From assembly GCA_951406725.2 (NCBI GenBank), contig OX597822.1, forward strand, positions 106,640,001 to 106,704,000: DNA of 64,000 nucleotides, read 5' to 3'. Below, piece by piece: positions 1 to 10,606 of this stretch. This DNA comes from Octopus vulgaris. Taxonomy: Eukaryota. The translations under genes were made by a program, and so were the position numbers. The number at the start of each line of letters is the position of its first letter. The stretch's first letter is position 1. Below the pieces are notes generated by a model. The model was not told the DNA's origin and did no database searches. It saw nothing but the letters and a program-made list of their open reading frames with translations.

Positions 1-129
1 ATATTACTATTTGAGAGAGCTGACGTCATGTGACAGTTTTTGTGGCTATTTTCAGCCAATCAGACAGTCTGTTTCTATAAACCCATTTTATCCATTATAA
101 AAAAAAAAAAACTGTTACTCACCAAGAAA

Positions 130-612
130 TTAGATACAGTTATTTTGTACCTAATTAATTGTGCTACAAGTTAATTTTGTACATAGTTAATTAGGATACA
201 GACTATTTTTCAAACTAATTAATTGTGCTACAAGTTAATTTTGTACATAGTTAATTAGGATACAAACTATTTTTCAAACTAATTAATTGTGCTATAAGTT
301 AATTTTGTACATAGTTAATTAGGATACAAACTATTTTTCAAACTAATTAATTGTGCTATAAGTTAATTTTGTACATAGTTAATTAGGATACAAACTATTT
401 TTCAAACTAATTAATTGTGCTACAAGTTAATTTTGTACATAATTAATTAGGATACAGACTATTCTGTACCAAATTAATTGTGATGCAAATTATTTTTGTT
501 CCTAATTAATTGTGATACAAATTAATTCTGTACCTAATTAATTGTAATGCAAACCAGTTCTGTTCCTAATTAATTGTACTCTAATTTATTCTATACCTAA
601 CTGTGCTACAAA
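130..612. repeat. AT-rich minisatellite: 64-bp unit built from ~32-bp monomers
   Basis: ctaattaattgtgcta recurs at 151, 215, 279, 343 and 407, then decays into ~32-bp units. Confidence 0.9.
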
Positions 613-818
613 CTAACAAAAGTACAAAAACCAAAAACCATTAGCAATCTTTCATAATTTCCGTGTACTTTTATCACTTCTCATATAGACTTTTTTTAAA
701 AATGAAACATTACTCGCAGATCTGAAGCAAACTCGGGGTAGAGAGGGCATACCTCATTGATGAGGTTGCAAATGATGATGGAAAGACTTTGACTAATCAA
801 GCTGATTGACTAATTGAC

Positions 819-1074
819 TGGTGGCACGTAAAAAGCACCATCCGTCCGTGGCCGTTTGCCAGCTCCGTCTGGCACCTGTGCGGGTGGCACGTAAAAAGCA
901 CCCACTACACTCATGGAGTGGTTGGCGTTAAGAAGGGCATCCAGCTGTAGAAACACTGCCAGATCAGACTGGGCCTGATGCAGCCTTCTGGTTTCACAGA
1001 CCCCAGTTGAACCGTCCAACCCATGCTAGCATGGAAAGCGGACGCTAAATGATGATGATGATGATGATGATGAT
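819..1074 (+). mobile_element. (GAT)n-tailed SINE-like repeat, family A
   Basis: Ends ccaacccatgctagcatggaaagcggacg..(gat)n. Roughly 25 copies or fragments occur in the window. Confidence 0.85.
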
Positions 1075-1154
1075 AACTCAAACAATGGATTAGTAAACTG
1101 GTTAAATGATGAACCAGTTGACTAATAATAAAAGAAGTGAGGTAGAACCAGTGT

Positions 1155-1415
1155 TGTCGTTTAATGTCCGCTTTCCATGCTAGCATGGGTTGGACAGTTT
1201 GACTGTGGGCTGGCAAACCAGATGGCTGCACCAGGCTCCAGTCTTGATCTGGCAGAGTTTCTACAGCTGGATGCCCTTCCTAATGCCAACCACTCCGAGA
1301 GTGTAGTGGGTGCTTTTACATGCCGCCGACACGGGGGCCAGTTAGGCGGTACTGACAACAACATCGCTCAAATTTTTTTCCACATGCCATCAGCACAGGT
1401 GCCAGTAAGGCGATG
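1155..1415 (-). mobile_element. Family A repeat, inverted relative to 819-1074
   Basis: Reverse complement of the same consensus. Confidence 0.85.
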
Positions 1416-1537
1416 TTGTGTGTTTATTATTGCCATTATGACCCTACCAAAGTACAAAAAAATTTTCTTTTTGTATAATCTGTAATTAAACTTTGACAAT
1501 TTGTAAATGTGCGAAAGTATAAAAGAATTTAACTCAC

Positions 1538-1786
1538 CTTGTCAATCCAAGACAACTAAAACAAGAAGGAGTAATAAGGATATCTAATCGGCGAAAGGGA
1601 TAAGGGCCCAAAATGCTGCAGGCCTTAGTAAGACATTTTGGAAGGTATGATTTAAACTCTGATTCTGCTTTTGATATGAGACTTCTTGGAGCAAAAACTC
1701 TACAAGGCACAGGAGTCTTAGAATAGTTGACACTGCAAGAACCATGCACAGAGGCACAAAATTCAGGAACCCATTTTTGATTTTGT
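1538..1786 (-). CDS. AOPEP: AOPEP coding exon 4 (QNQKW...PCRVFAP...LGPYPFRRLDILITPSCFSCLGLT); gene continues left of the window
   Basis: Acceptor ctgcag at 1787-1789 and donor AG|gtgagt at 1537. M1-peptidase segment GPYPF.RLD leading to the GXMXN-equivalent motif. Confidence 0.9.
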
Positions 1787-1910
1787 CTGCAGATAAATAT
1801 ATTGAACATTAATCAGAAGCTTGTCATGAAATGTGACAGAGGAAAACAAAATTTAGCATCAAAATAATACAAAGAACAATAATAATAACAACAATAATAA
1901 TAATAATAAT

Positions 1911-2435
1911 AAATGCCCTGATGCAGTACCAGGCAGTGGCTCTCGTGGCTTCTGATCTTAACTGATTTGGTCTTGGTATAAAAGATGGGCTACAGCAAAT
2001 ATTCTGCTCAATACCACAAATTTGCTTGTCAGTTGTTTGACCGTAACCAGTTGAGCATGTCCCTTAGTGGCTGATGATATGTGCATCTCTGATTACGAGC
2101 AGAAGTAGTGGGGGAGCATCATAGCCGAGTGTTGAAAGGAATTCTTGGAGGTTTGGATAATTCCCCTTTAGAAACATTAATGGTTCGTTCAACATCCTTA
2201 AACAACCCTTGTTCAGGGACCTTTTGAGTGGGATGGGCTACTCGACGAGAAGAAAATTCTAACTGGGTCCCACCTGCAAGGTCATGCGCTGTTTATCTTG
2301 ATATGAGATCACCATGTCACACACACATGGTTGTGATGCATGTGCCTAGTGTACCCTTATCAGATGGGTAGTCATGATGGGCTTCGTATATTTTACCCCA
2401 GTGTCACTTTGATGGCATGCACTGCTCTCTCACTC

Positions 2436-2478
<43 letters not shown>

Positions 2479-2480
2479 GT
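1911..2480 (+). mobile_element. (AAT)n-flanked ~520-bp interspersed repeat, family F
   Basis: Bounded on both sides by (AAT)n and ends ctgctctctcactc(aat)n. Homologues near 37000-37880, 38236-38445, 39020-39145 and 39414-39880. Confidence 0.8.
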
Positions 2481-2526
2481 AATAACAACAATTTCTCCAT
2501 CAACTTGTAAAAAACAAAAAAAAATT

Positions 2527-3810
2527 ATTATTGATGGAGAAAGAAATGACAGAAAAATTTAAGGTGGAGTAACTTGCGCAGACTGAGACTGATCCTTAAG
2601 TCGAAATTAAACGGACGGAATAAGATTGAACCTATCAACACCTGGGTGATTTCACTCCTTAGATATGGAGCAGTGGTAATCGTATGGACAGTAGATGAAC
2701 TAAACAGAAAGACAAGGAAGTTGCTAACTAGATATAGGACACTCCACCCAAAAAGTGACACAGACAGAATATGTATCAAGAAAAAGAGGGAGAAGAGGAC
2801 TTATTGGATGTGAACACAGCATTTAGAGCAGTAGAAAGCAACATAGCGTGGTATGTTAAAAATGCCACAGAACCACTATTATTAGAAGAAGGTCAGGCTT
2901 GTGAAGGATGAAAGATTGCAAAGATAAAGCACTGTACAAGGATTTGAGAATGAATGAAGTTGAAAATAGGTGGGTAAAGAAAAGAATGCATGGACAATTT
3001 CATTGGGATGTTGAAAATAAGACAAACAGAGAAAAAGATGATTTAAAACTGGAAACAGAGGCTCTAATCTGTGCTGCCCAAGAGCAAGCACTAAGAACAA
3101 ACTACATAAAATACAGAATAGACAACACATCAGAAACTGATAAGTGCAGAATATGTGGACAAAACGGTGAAATCGTATGGCATATTACCAGCCAATGTAC
3201 GCCAGTATCCCAGAAGGAATATAAGAGATGCCATGACAGTATAGCCAGGCTTGTCCGTTGGACACTTTGCAATAAGTATAGACTTGACTGAGAAAAAAAT
3301 TGGTACGACCACAAACATGAAGGCATCATCGAAAATAGAAATGCAGAGATCCTATGGGATTTTAGGATTCAGTGCGACCATGAGATTAAGAATAGGAAAC
3401 CGGACATAGTCTTAATTGAGTAAGAAACCAAACTATGCTGGATCATAGACATAGCATGTCCAGCTGACAACAAGTATGTGATAAGGAAGAAAGAAAAGTC
3501 GATATGTATGACAGGTTAGCTTGGGAGGTTAAGCAGTTGTGGTCAATGAAAAGGTGGTAGTGATACCAATAATTGTCGGAGCCCTGGGAACAGTGATTAA
3601 AAGTCTTGAGAAATACATGGAACAAATAGGGGCTGCAATAAGGATGGAGCACTTGCAGAAAACAGCAGTGCTTGGAACCGCTCGAATACTCCGGAAGGTG
3701 CTCGAAATATAAGATGTGTTACCTTAGTTCACTGGTAGTGAACAGCTGACACCATAGTACATCTCCAGCTTTAGAAGCTGTGCAAAGGCAATAATAAGAA
3801 TAATAATAAT
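2527..3810 (+). mobile_element. Degenerate R4/Dong-clade LINE, 3' part (zinc knuckle + restriction-like endonuclease)
   Basis: ETEALICAAQEQALRTNY, CRICG...HITSQC, ILWDFRIQCDH...RKPDIVLI, IIDIACP and IPIIVGALG motifs, with frameshifts and an (AAT)n tail. Confidence 0.85.
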
Positions 3811-4360
3811 GGTTTCAAATTTAGGCACAAAGCCAGCAATTTTTGGGAGGGAGTAAACTGATTACATCAACCCCAGAGTTCACCTGGTACTTATTTTATT
3901 GACCCCCAAAAGGATGATGGGCAAAGTCGACTTTGGCAGAATTTGAACTCAGAACATACAGGTGGATGAAATGCCACCAAGCCCTGTCTGCTAACAAGTT
4001 TTCCAGTTCACCACCTTAATGATAACGGTAATCAACATCAGCATAACGATAATATCATCAGTTTTATCAGTTGTTGTTGATGTTATTGTTTAACCTTTTG
4101 ATCAGCCCAGTTCAGATTCCGCTGAGGTAAACTTTACCTTTCATCTTCTCAAGGGCCAATAAAATAAGTATTAGTTGAATATTGGGGTTGATGTAATTGA
4201 CTCAATCCCCTCCACAAAAACTGCTGGCCTTGTGCCAAAATTTGAAACCAAAATTAGAAACTCTCACATGCATTCTGATACCGTCGTTTTCTAAAGCCAC
4301 TACATTCACCCCTCAGAGAAGTCATACGTCATGTCAATTTTTTACCAATTTTTTTAATAG

Positions 4361-4732
4361 GGTACCAAGAGCACCATCTGAGTGTGATTGTTGCCAGAGC
4401 AGCCAGCTGGCTTCCGTGCCGGTGGCACGTAAAAGGGCACTATTCGAGGATGATCATTACCAACATCGCTTCACTGGCACCTGTGCCAGTGGCATGTGTA
4501 AAAAGATTCGAGCGAGGTCGTTGCCAGTACGGCATGACTGGTCCCCGTGCCGGTGGCACGTAACAAGCACCCACTACACTCTCGGAGTGGTTGGCGTTAG
4601 GAAGGGCATCCAGCCGTAGAAACTCTGCCAAATCAAGATTGGAGCCTGGTGCAGCCATCTGGTTCGCAAGCCCTCAGTCAAACCGTCCAACCCATGCTAG
4701 CATGGAAAGCGGACGTAAAACGATGATGATGA
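4361..4732 (+). mobile_element. Family A repeat
   Basis: Consensus body with (gat)n tail. Confidence 0.85.
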
Positions 4733-4817
4733 TTCTGCCAGTTTGCTGCCCTAAAAGTCTGAAGATAATTTAAGAAGGCCAATAAAAATGAGTTAAGAAA
4801 AAGAAACTATAACTTAC

Positions 4818-4938
4818 TGTGAATCTTGATGTGTGGACATGAGGTGTGTTATAGTGGCATGTTCCCATTGTCCGACTGCTATGGCTAATGTAGAACTAGG
4901 TAACAACATGGTTGACTGGTAAAAATAACAAAGCTTTC
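4818..4938 (-). CDS. AOPEP: AOPEP coding exon 3 (KLCYFYQSTMLLPSSTLAIAVGQWEHATITHLMSTHQDS)
   Basis: Acceptor ttttgtag at 4939-4941 and donor CA|gtaagt at 4817. Resembles AOPEP YYYVTMPMPASTFTIAVG.W. Not in the ORF track. Confidence 0.9.
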
Positions 4939-5041
4939 CTACAAAAACAAACACAACTAATTTATGTTAAAAACATGTGTAGTGACAAGCATATTTCATT
5001 TAAGGAAGAAGGCGATCAATTCAGCTAATTTTAATATAATT

Positions 5042-5397
5042 ATCATCATCATCATCATCGTTTAACGTCTGCTTTCCATGCTAGCATGGGTTGGACGAAT
5101 GACTGAGGGCTGGCAAACCAGATGGCTGCACCAGGCTCCAGTCTTGATCTGGTAGAGTTTCTACAGCTGGATGCCCTTCCAAACGCCAACCACTCCGAGA
5201 GTGTAGTGGGTGCTTTTACGTGCCACTGGCACGGGGCCAGTCAGGCAGTCCTGGCAACGACCTCACTCGAATCTTTTGCTGGTAACGATCACGCTCGAAT
5301 GGTGTCTTTTACGTGTCACTGGTACGGAGGCCAGATAGCCACTCTGGCAACGATCACGCTCGGATGGTGCTCTTAATACCCTACTAGAACGGGGCTC
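5042..5397 (-). mobile_element. Family A repeat, inverted partner of 4361-4732
   Basis: (cat)n followed by the reverse-complement consensus. Confidence 0.85.
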
Positions 5398-5549
5398 AAA
5401 TGATTATAATATCAAATGAAACAAAAGTTCTGATGCGTCTAGCATTTATAATATGTGTATACAAATGTGGAATGGCACTAGCTTGTAGCATTTTGCTTCC
5501 AAAAAATTTCTCAAAGGGACTTGTGTTAAAAACAGAGCTTCACTCAAAA

Positions 5550-5620
5550 TGTCAGTGGAGCATTCAGAACACCAGTGTTTCAGTCTGATTTAGTCTCCTC
5601 AGTGATAAATGCCCCAGACA
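5550..5620 (-). ncRNA. Degenerate type I hammerhead with extended stem I
   Basis: Minus strand TGTC-TGGGGCAT-tta-TCA-CTGAGGA-gactaaatcagact-GAAA-CACTGGTG-TTC-TGA-ATGCTCCA-ct-GACA. Stem II is imperfect and there is one extra nucleotide at the cleavage site. Confidence 0.55.
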
Positions 5621-5931
5621 TTTTCAGAGAGAAATTATTCAAATAGAAAAATAATGTAAAAACATAGAAAAATTTAAATACAATTTATTTCATAAAATGA
5701 CTTTTCATTAAATTTTATAGAAAGACCCTTTATCTTGCAGAACCCCAGGAATTTTTCACAGAACATTGGGGTTACTTAAAACTCACTTTGAGGAACCCTA
5801 GTCTAGATAACAGAAACTATCAACTATTCGCACAGAGTCTTTTGAGTATCTGAAAGTATATATCTTATGGGTATTCTTATTGCTAACTAGTCTTGTGTGT
5901 CTGCTTAATCAGCCATCATCAGCCAGCTGCT

Positions 5932-6228
5932 CATGGCTTGGTGGTTAAAGCAGCAGACTCGCGGTCGAGGGATCGTGGGTTCGAATCTCAGACCGGGCGA
6001 TGTGTGTGTTTATGAGCGAAAACACCTAAGCTCCACGCGGCTCCGGCAGAAGGTAATGGCGAACTTCTGCTGACTCTTTCGCCACAACTTTCTCTCACTC
6101 TTTCCTCCTGCATCTTGCAGCTCACCTGCGATGGACCGGCGTCCCGTCCAGGTGGGGAACCTATACGCCAAGGAAACCAGGAAACTGGCCCTTATGAGCC
6201 AGGCATGGCTTGAGAAGGAACAAACAAT
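5932..6228 (+). mobile_element. tRNA-derived SINE, family D
   Basis: A-box tggcttggtgg and B-box ggttcgaatc. Homologues at 13458-13750(+), 19565-19860(-) and 45820-46318(-). Confidence 0.8.
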
Positions 6229-6422
6229 GAAATTATAAACAAGCTGGTCACTTGGTGTCCAGGGATGACTTGCCAACACTCTCCAGTGTCCTCTATACTG
6301 CATGCATACAATCAGCCAGGCTCTTATTTCCAACCCATTCATTAATGATGTCAGTCCACAAACTTCTTTGATGACCTCTTGTTCTCTTCCCCTCCACACT
6401 CTCTCTGAATGGTCTTGGGAAA

Positions 6423-6822
6423 TCTTTATATATAAAAGTGAAGTTGTGTGTTTGTCTCCTACGATTTAGATTCCTAACTACTCCCACATTTTGCGGTGCA
6501 GTTTAACCAAAAGCGGGTATCTTATAGTCGTGATTCATATCGAGCCTTTCTGGGTATTAGCGCGCGTCTACGATGAGTCTACGATTTAAAAAAAATCTAC
6601 CATCATTTTTTCCCATTTTAATGCATTTTTTTCGCTATTATATAAGGGAAGTAACTCTCTAAAAATGTCTACGATGAGTCTACGATTTAAAAAAAAAATT
6701 TACCATAATTTTTTTTTCCATTTTTAATGCATTTTTTTGCTATATTTTGGCTATAACTCTCTAAAAATGCTTATATAGTTATTTCCCTTACAAACCCGAG
6801 CAACACCGGGCGATGCTGCTAG
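6423..6822 (+). mobile_element. Non-autonomous Helitron
   Basis: 5' A|TC start, 3' hairpin cccg..cggg (6795-6810) and terminal CTAG, internal tandem duplication. Second copy at 45314-45647. Confidence 0.75.
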
Positions 6823-7919
6823 CAACTTATAGTGCATGTCTAAAATATGATAACTTTGTGGATTTGATTCTCAACAAGATGTGTCTTTGAACTTTCTGCT
6901 TTTTTAGCATTCTTGAAATTATGCCAAAGCAGACACTGAAGCTCACTGTAGTCCCCAAGCTCATTGGATCCATGACAATATGGAAGATGGGCATTAAATG
7001 TTGACTAGCGCTATGACCCAGCAACGCCAGGTCATAGTGCTAGTACATGCATATTCAGCTGTGTGCGTACACACATACACGCGAGTACTGTCCAAATCTC
7101 CAACCAATCACATACAGCTAGCTGGCATTCAATTGGCGTATCAAGTTTCGGGCATTTTGATTGGGTTTTGGATAGAAAATTCACAAAAAAGTCACTTCTA
7201 TTGATTTTTTAATGGCTTTACGGGGTGACTGGGGAAATGTAAAGATGAGCACGATCACCCTTGGACGGCTTTGAATGACCATAGAAAGTGCGAGCCCTCT
7301 AACTGAAAAATTGTGGATTTGTATAAAGGACACACACACAGACATTTTGCCGTTTATATATGTAGAGATGATGATAATGATGATATATTTTGGTAGCCAT
7401 TAAAATATGGTAAGATATGTTTACCATGTTGAAGAGAAAAAACAGCTTGTATTCTGGACAGAACTCCACAAGTATATATCTGTGTGTGTGTGTGTCTGTG
7501 TCCCCTCCTCCATCACCACTTGAAAACCGATGTTGGCACGTTTAAGTCACCATAACTTAGTGGTTCAGCAAAAGAGACTGGTAGAATAAGTACTAGGCTT
7601 AAAAAATAAGTCCTGGGGCCAATTTGTTCAACTAAAACCCCTCAAGGCGGTGCTCCAGTATGGCCACAGTGGGAGTGAACCTGGAACCATCTGGTTCGGA
7701 AGCAAACTTCTTGCCACACAGCCATGCCTGCACCTATTAATTATCTGAAGGATATAATTGAATCAAGGCATTTTAATAATAAGGACCAATTTAGGGCTGA
7801 GAATAACATATGCATGTATCAACAGTATAGGGAGAGTTTACAAAAAAAACAAAGGACGAAGACAGGTGGTGTACAAAACAAACAGATGTATTAGTATAAC
7901 GCTCAGGAATTGAAAAAAT

Positions 7920-7955
7920 CTTTTACGTTTCGAGCCTACGCTCTTCTACAGAAAG
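7920..7955 (-). ncRNA. Hammerhead-like motif with variant core CUGUAGA, related to the 35070 copy
   Basis: Minus strand CTTT-CTGTAGA-a-GAGC-gtag-GCTC-GAAA-CG-TA-AAAG. Stem I covaries with the 35070 copy. Confidence 0.62.
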
Positions 7956-8220
7956 GGACGCAGAAAAAAACAAGGAGAGAAACAAGGAGAGAAAAAAATG
8001 TGTGTAGTGGCTAATGATCTATCTCGCCGACTGTATATATGGACACTCATGCATATATTAATCCGTATACAGACTTGAGCTAACATTTTAATTCACCTGA
8101 AGAAAACAGTTTCTTTCATGATGTAATTGATTCGTTCATCAATAAAAAAACACATCTGAAACAGCTGTAGCAAACCTGAGGAGGAGGTAGTGTTTTCCAA
8201 AATATAATTCAAATGCTTAC

Positions 8221-8387
8221 CATTTTCAGTGTTAGTAATTAGAGGTTCTTTGTCTCCTGTCATGATAACTGTGTGAATATTCTCAACAGTAACATAGGCT
8301 TGCCAAGTAGACAGAGCTTCAGAATGATCCTGACTTGGAAATAAGGATCTATTGTTTATCCAGTGTCCACAAGTAAACATGCACATA
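8221..8387 (-). CDS. AOPEP: AOPEP coding exon 2 (MCMFTCGHWINNRSLFPSQDHSEALSTWQAYVTV...)
   Basis: Acceptor cag at 8388-8390 and donor G|gtaagc at 8220; phases 2 and 1 match the neighbouring exons. Peptide resembles AOPEP INNRALFPCQEPPVAMSTWQATV. Confidence 0.92.
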
Positions 8388-8727
8388 CTGAAAAGATTGG
8401 GAAATATAAAGAAAAGAAAAACTTAGTAATAGAGACTTTGATAGTAGTGTATAATTTCATAAGATCAATACCAATAAATACAAATTACTGTTTTTATGAT
8501 AACAATACTAACATCTTAAAATACATTAATGTATCCAGGCACAGGCATGGCTGCATGGTTGAATAGTATGCTTGCCAGCCACAGGGTTTTGGGTTCAGTT
8601 CCACTACATGGCACATTGGGCAAGTGCCTTCTACTATAACTTTGGGATAACCAAAGCCTTGTGAGTGAATTTGACAAGTGGAAACTGAAAGAAGCCTGTT
8701 GTTGTTGTTATTGTGTGTGTATATATA

Positions 8728-9490
8728 TCATCATTATCTTCCTTTAGTGTCAGCTTTCCATGTTGGCATGGGCTAGAGAGTTTGACTGGAACTGGTAAGC
8801 TGGAGAGCTGCACCAAATCCCAGTCTGATTTGGCATGGTTTCTACAGCTGCCAACCACTCCGAAAGCATAATGGGTGCTTTATACATGCCACTGGTACAG
8901 GTGCTTTTATGTCCCACCAGCAACAGGACACTGGCATTAGCCATGACTTTACTTGGCTTGACAAGTTTTCTCAAGCACATGCCAGCACCACCTTGACTGG
9001 CTTCCGTGCCGATGGCACGTAAAAGGCACCAACCGATCATGGCCGTTGCCAGCCTCCCCTGGCACCTGTGCTGCTGGCATGTAAAAAGCACCATCTGTAT
9101 ATGGCCGATGCCAGCGCCGCCTTGACTGGCTTCCGTACCGGTGGCACGTAAAAAGCACCAACCAATCATGGCCATTGCCAGCCTATACTGGCACCTAAAA
9201 AGCACCATCTGCATGTGACTATCTGTATGTGCCGCCTTGAGTGGCACGTAAAAAGCACCAACCGATTGTGGCCGTTGCCAGCCTATCCTGGCACCTGTGC
9301 TGGTGGCACGTAAAAAGTACCCACTAGACTCACAGAGTAGTTGGCGTTAGGAAGAGCATCCAGCTGTAGAAACACTGCCAGATCAGACTGGAGCCTGGTG
9401 CAGCCTCCTGGCTTCCCAGACCCTGGTCGAACCATCCAACCCATGCTAGCATGGAAAACGGACGTTAAACGATGATGATGATGAGGATGA
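8728..9490. mobile_element. Head-to-head pair of family A repeats with internal tandem subunits
   Basis: 8728-8970(-) abuts 8970-9490(+). Confidence 0.75.
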
Positions 9491-10254
9491 TATCACCAAA
9501 GGTCTCGGTTACTTGTATATACAGTGTACTGTTCCATTTCAGTGAGAATCAACCAAAAAAAGTATTCCATCCAGTAAGAGATATCATTTAATATACACAG
9601 GATTTAAATGTGAGTTTACAATAAGCTGCATGCTTCTGATAGCACAATAGTTGGGCAAGCTTGTATAGAATACCATGTACTACTGGGCAATATTTTAGCC
9701 TGAAAAATTGTTCAGAAGCATGAAACTTATAGTAGCTCACATTTAAATCCTTGTGTGTGTGTGTGTGTACTCATTAACCTCCTGACCACTTGAGTGGGTT
9801 AGTTGCAATGCTGGAGAAACTACACATATGTGTATTGCTGAAGGATATTCCTATCCCTCAACAAGATGAAGACATCAAGCTTCTCATCCATAAATTCATG
9901 TAAAGTAAATATAACAAATGAAAAATCCTTCAAGAATCCATAAAAATTCCCGGATCGTCTGTTCTTTATGTCATTACCAACTTTTTCTGCAAGTTTCATC
10001 AAATACCGTTCACAACTTTTTGAGTTATGTTGCATACAGACGGACAAACCAACACCGATGGAAACATAACCTCCTTCCTTGGCGGAGGTAATTATATACC
10101 ACCTGATAGCAATACAGTTGGTGAAATTAATATGAATTGCCTCTGTAATATGTCCAATATAAGTGTAAATAGCCATAAAACTTGCTTACAAAAATGACAT
10201 AAAGTAAGTAAAAACAGAAAAGGCTGTGAATTAGCATTATATATATATATAGAA

Positions 10255-10296
<42 letters not shown>

Positions 10297-10483
10297 ATAA
10301 TAAATATTAGGGAATAAATCCAAATTTACAGGGAAAATCAGATTTAGGATTGAATCCAATTTTATAGTAAAATATTATATAATATTAATTAGAGACAAAA
10401 CCACTATTTTGCAAATCAAACAAAGAAAGACTTAATCCAATACATAAAACCATTTTAATATAAATTAAATAAAATTATATTCG

Positions 10484-10529
10484 CCACTACAATTGTTTCA
10501 TGTCTCTTCTCAGGACATTCATCAGGTGG
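10484..10529 (-). ncRNA. Minimal type I hammerhead ribozyme (Penelope-like type)
   Basis: Minus strand CCAC-CTGATGA-ATGTC-ctgagaaga-GACAT-GAAA-CAATTG-TA-GTGG. Intact core, perfect stems I and II, palindromic stem III, GUA triplet. Confidence 0.88.
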
Positions 10530-10606
10530 ATTTCAGATCTTCTATTTTAAGTTATATATATGTATGTATAAATGTTTCAAGAAAATCTCAAAGAATTAAA
10601 ACTTAC

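Noticed and set aside
2055-2110. GTC...CTGATGA in family F resembling a type III hammerhead
   Set aside because: No GAAA (it reads GAAG), no stem III, and the core is not kept in all copies.
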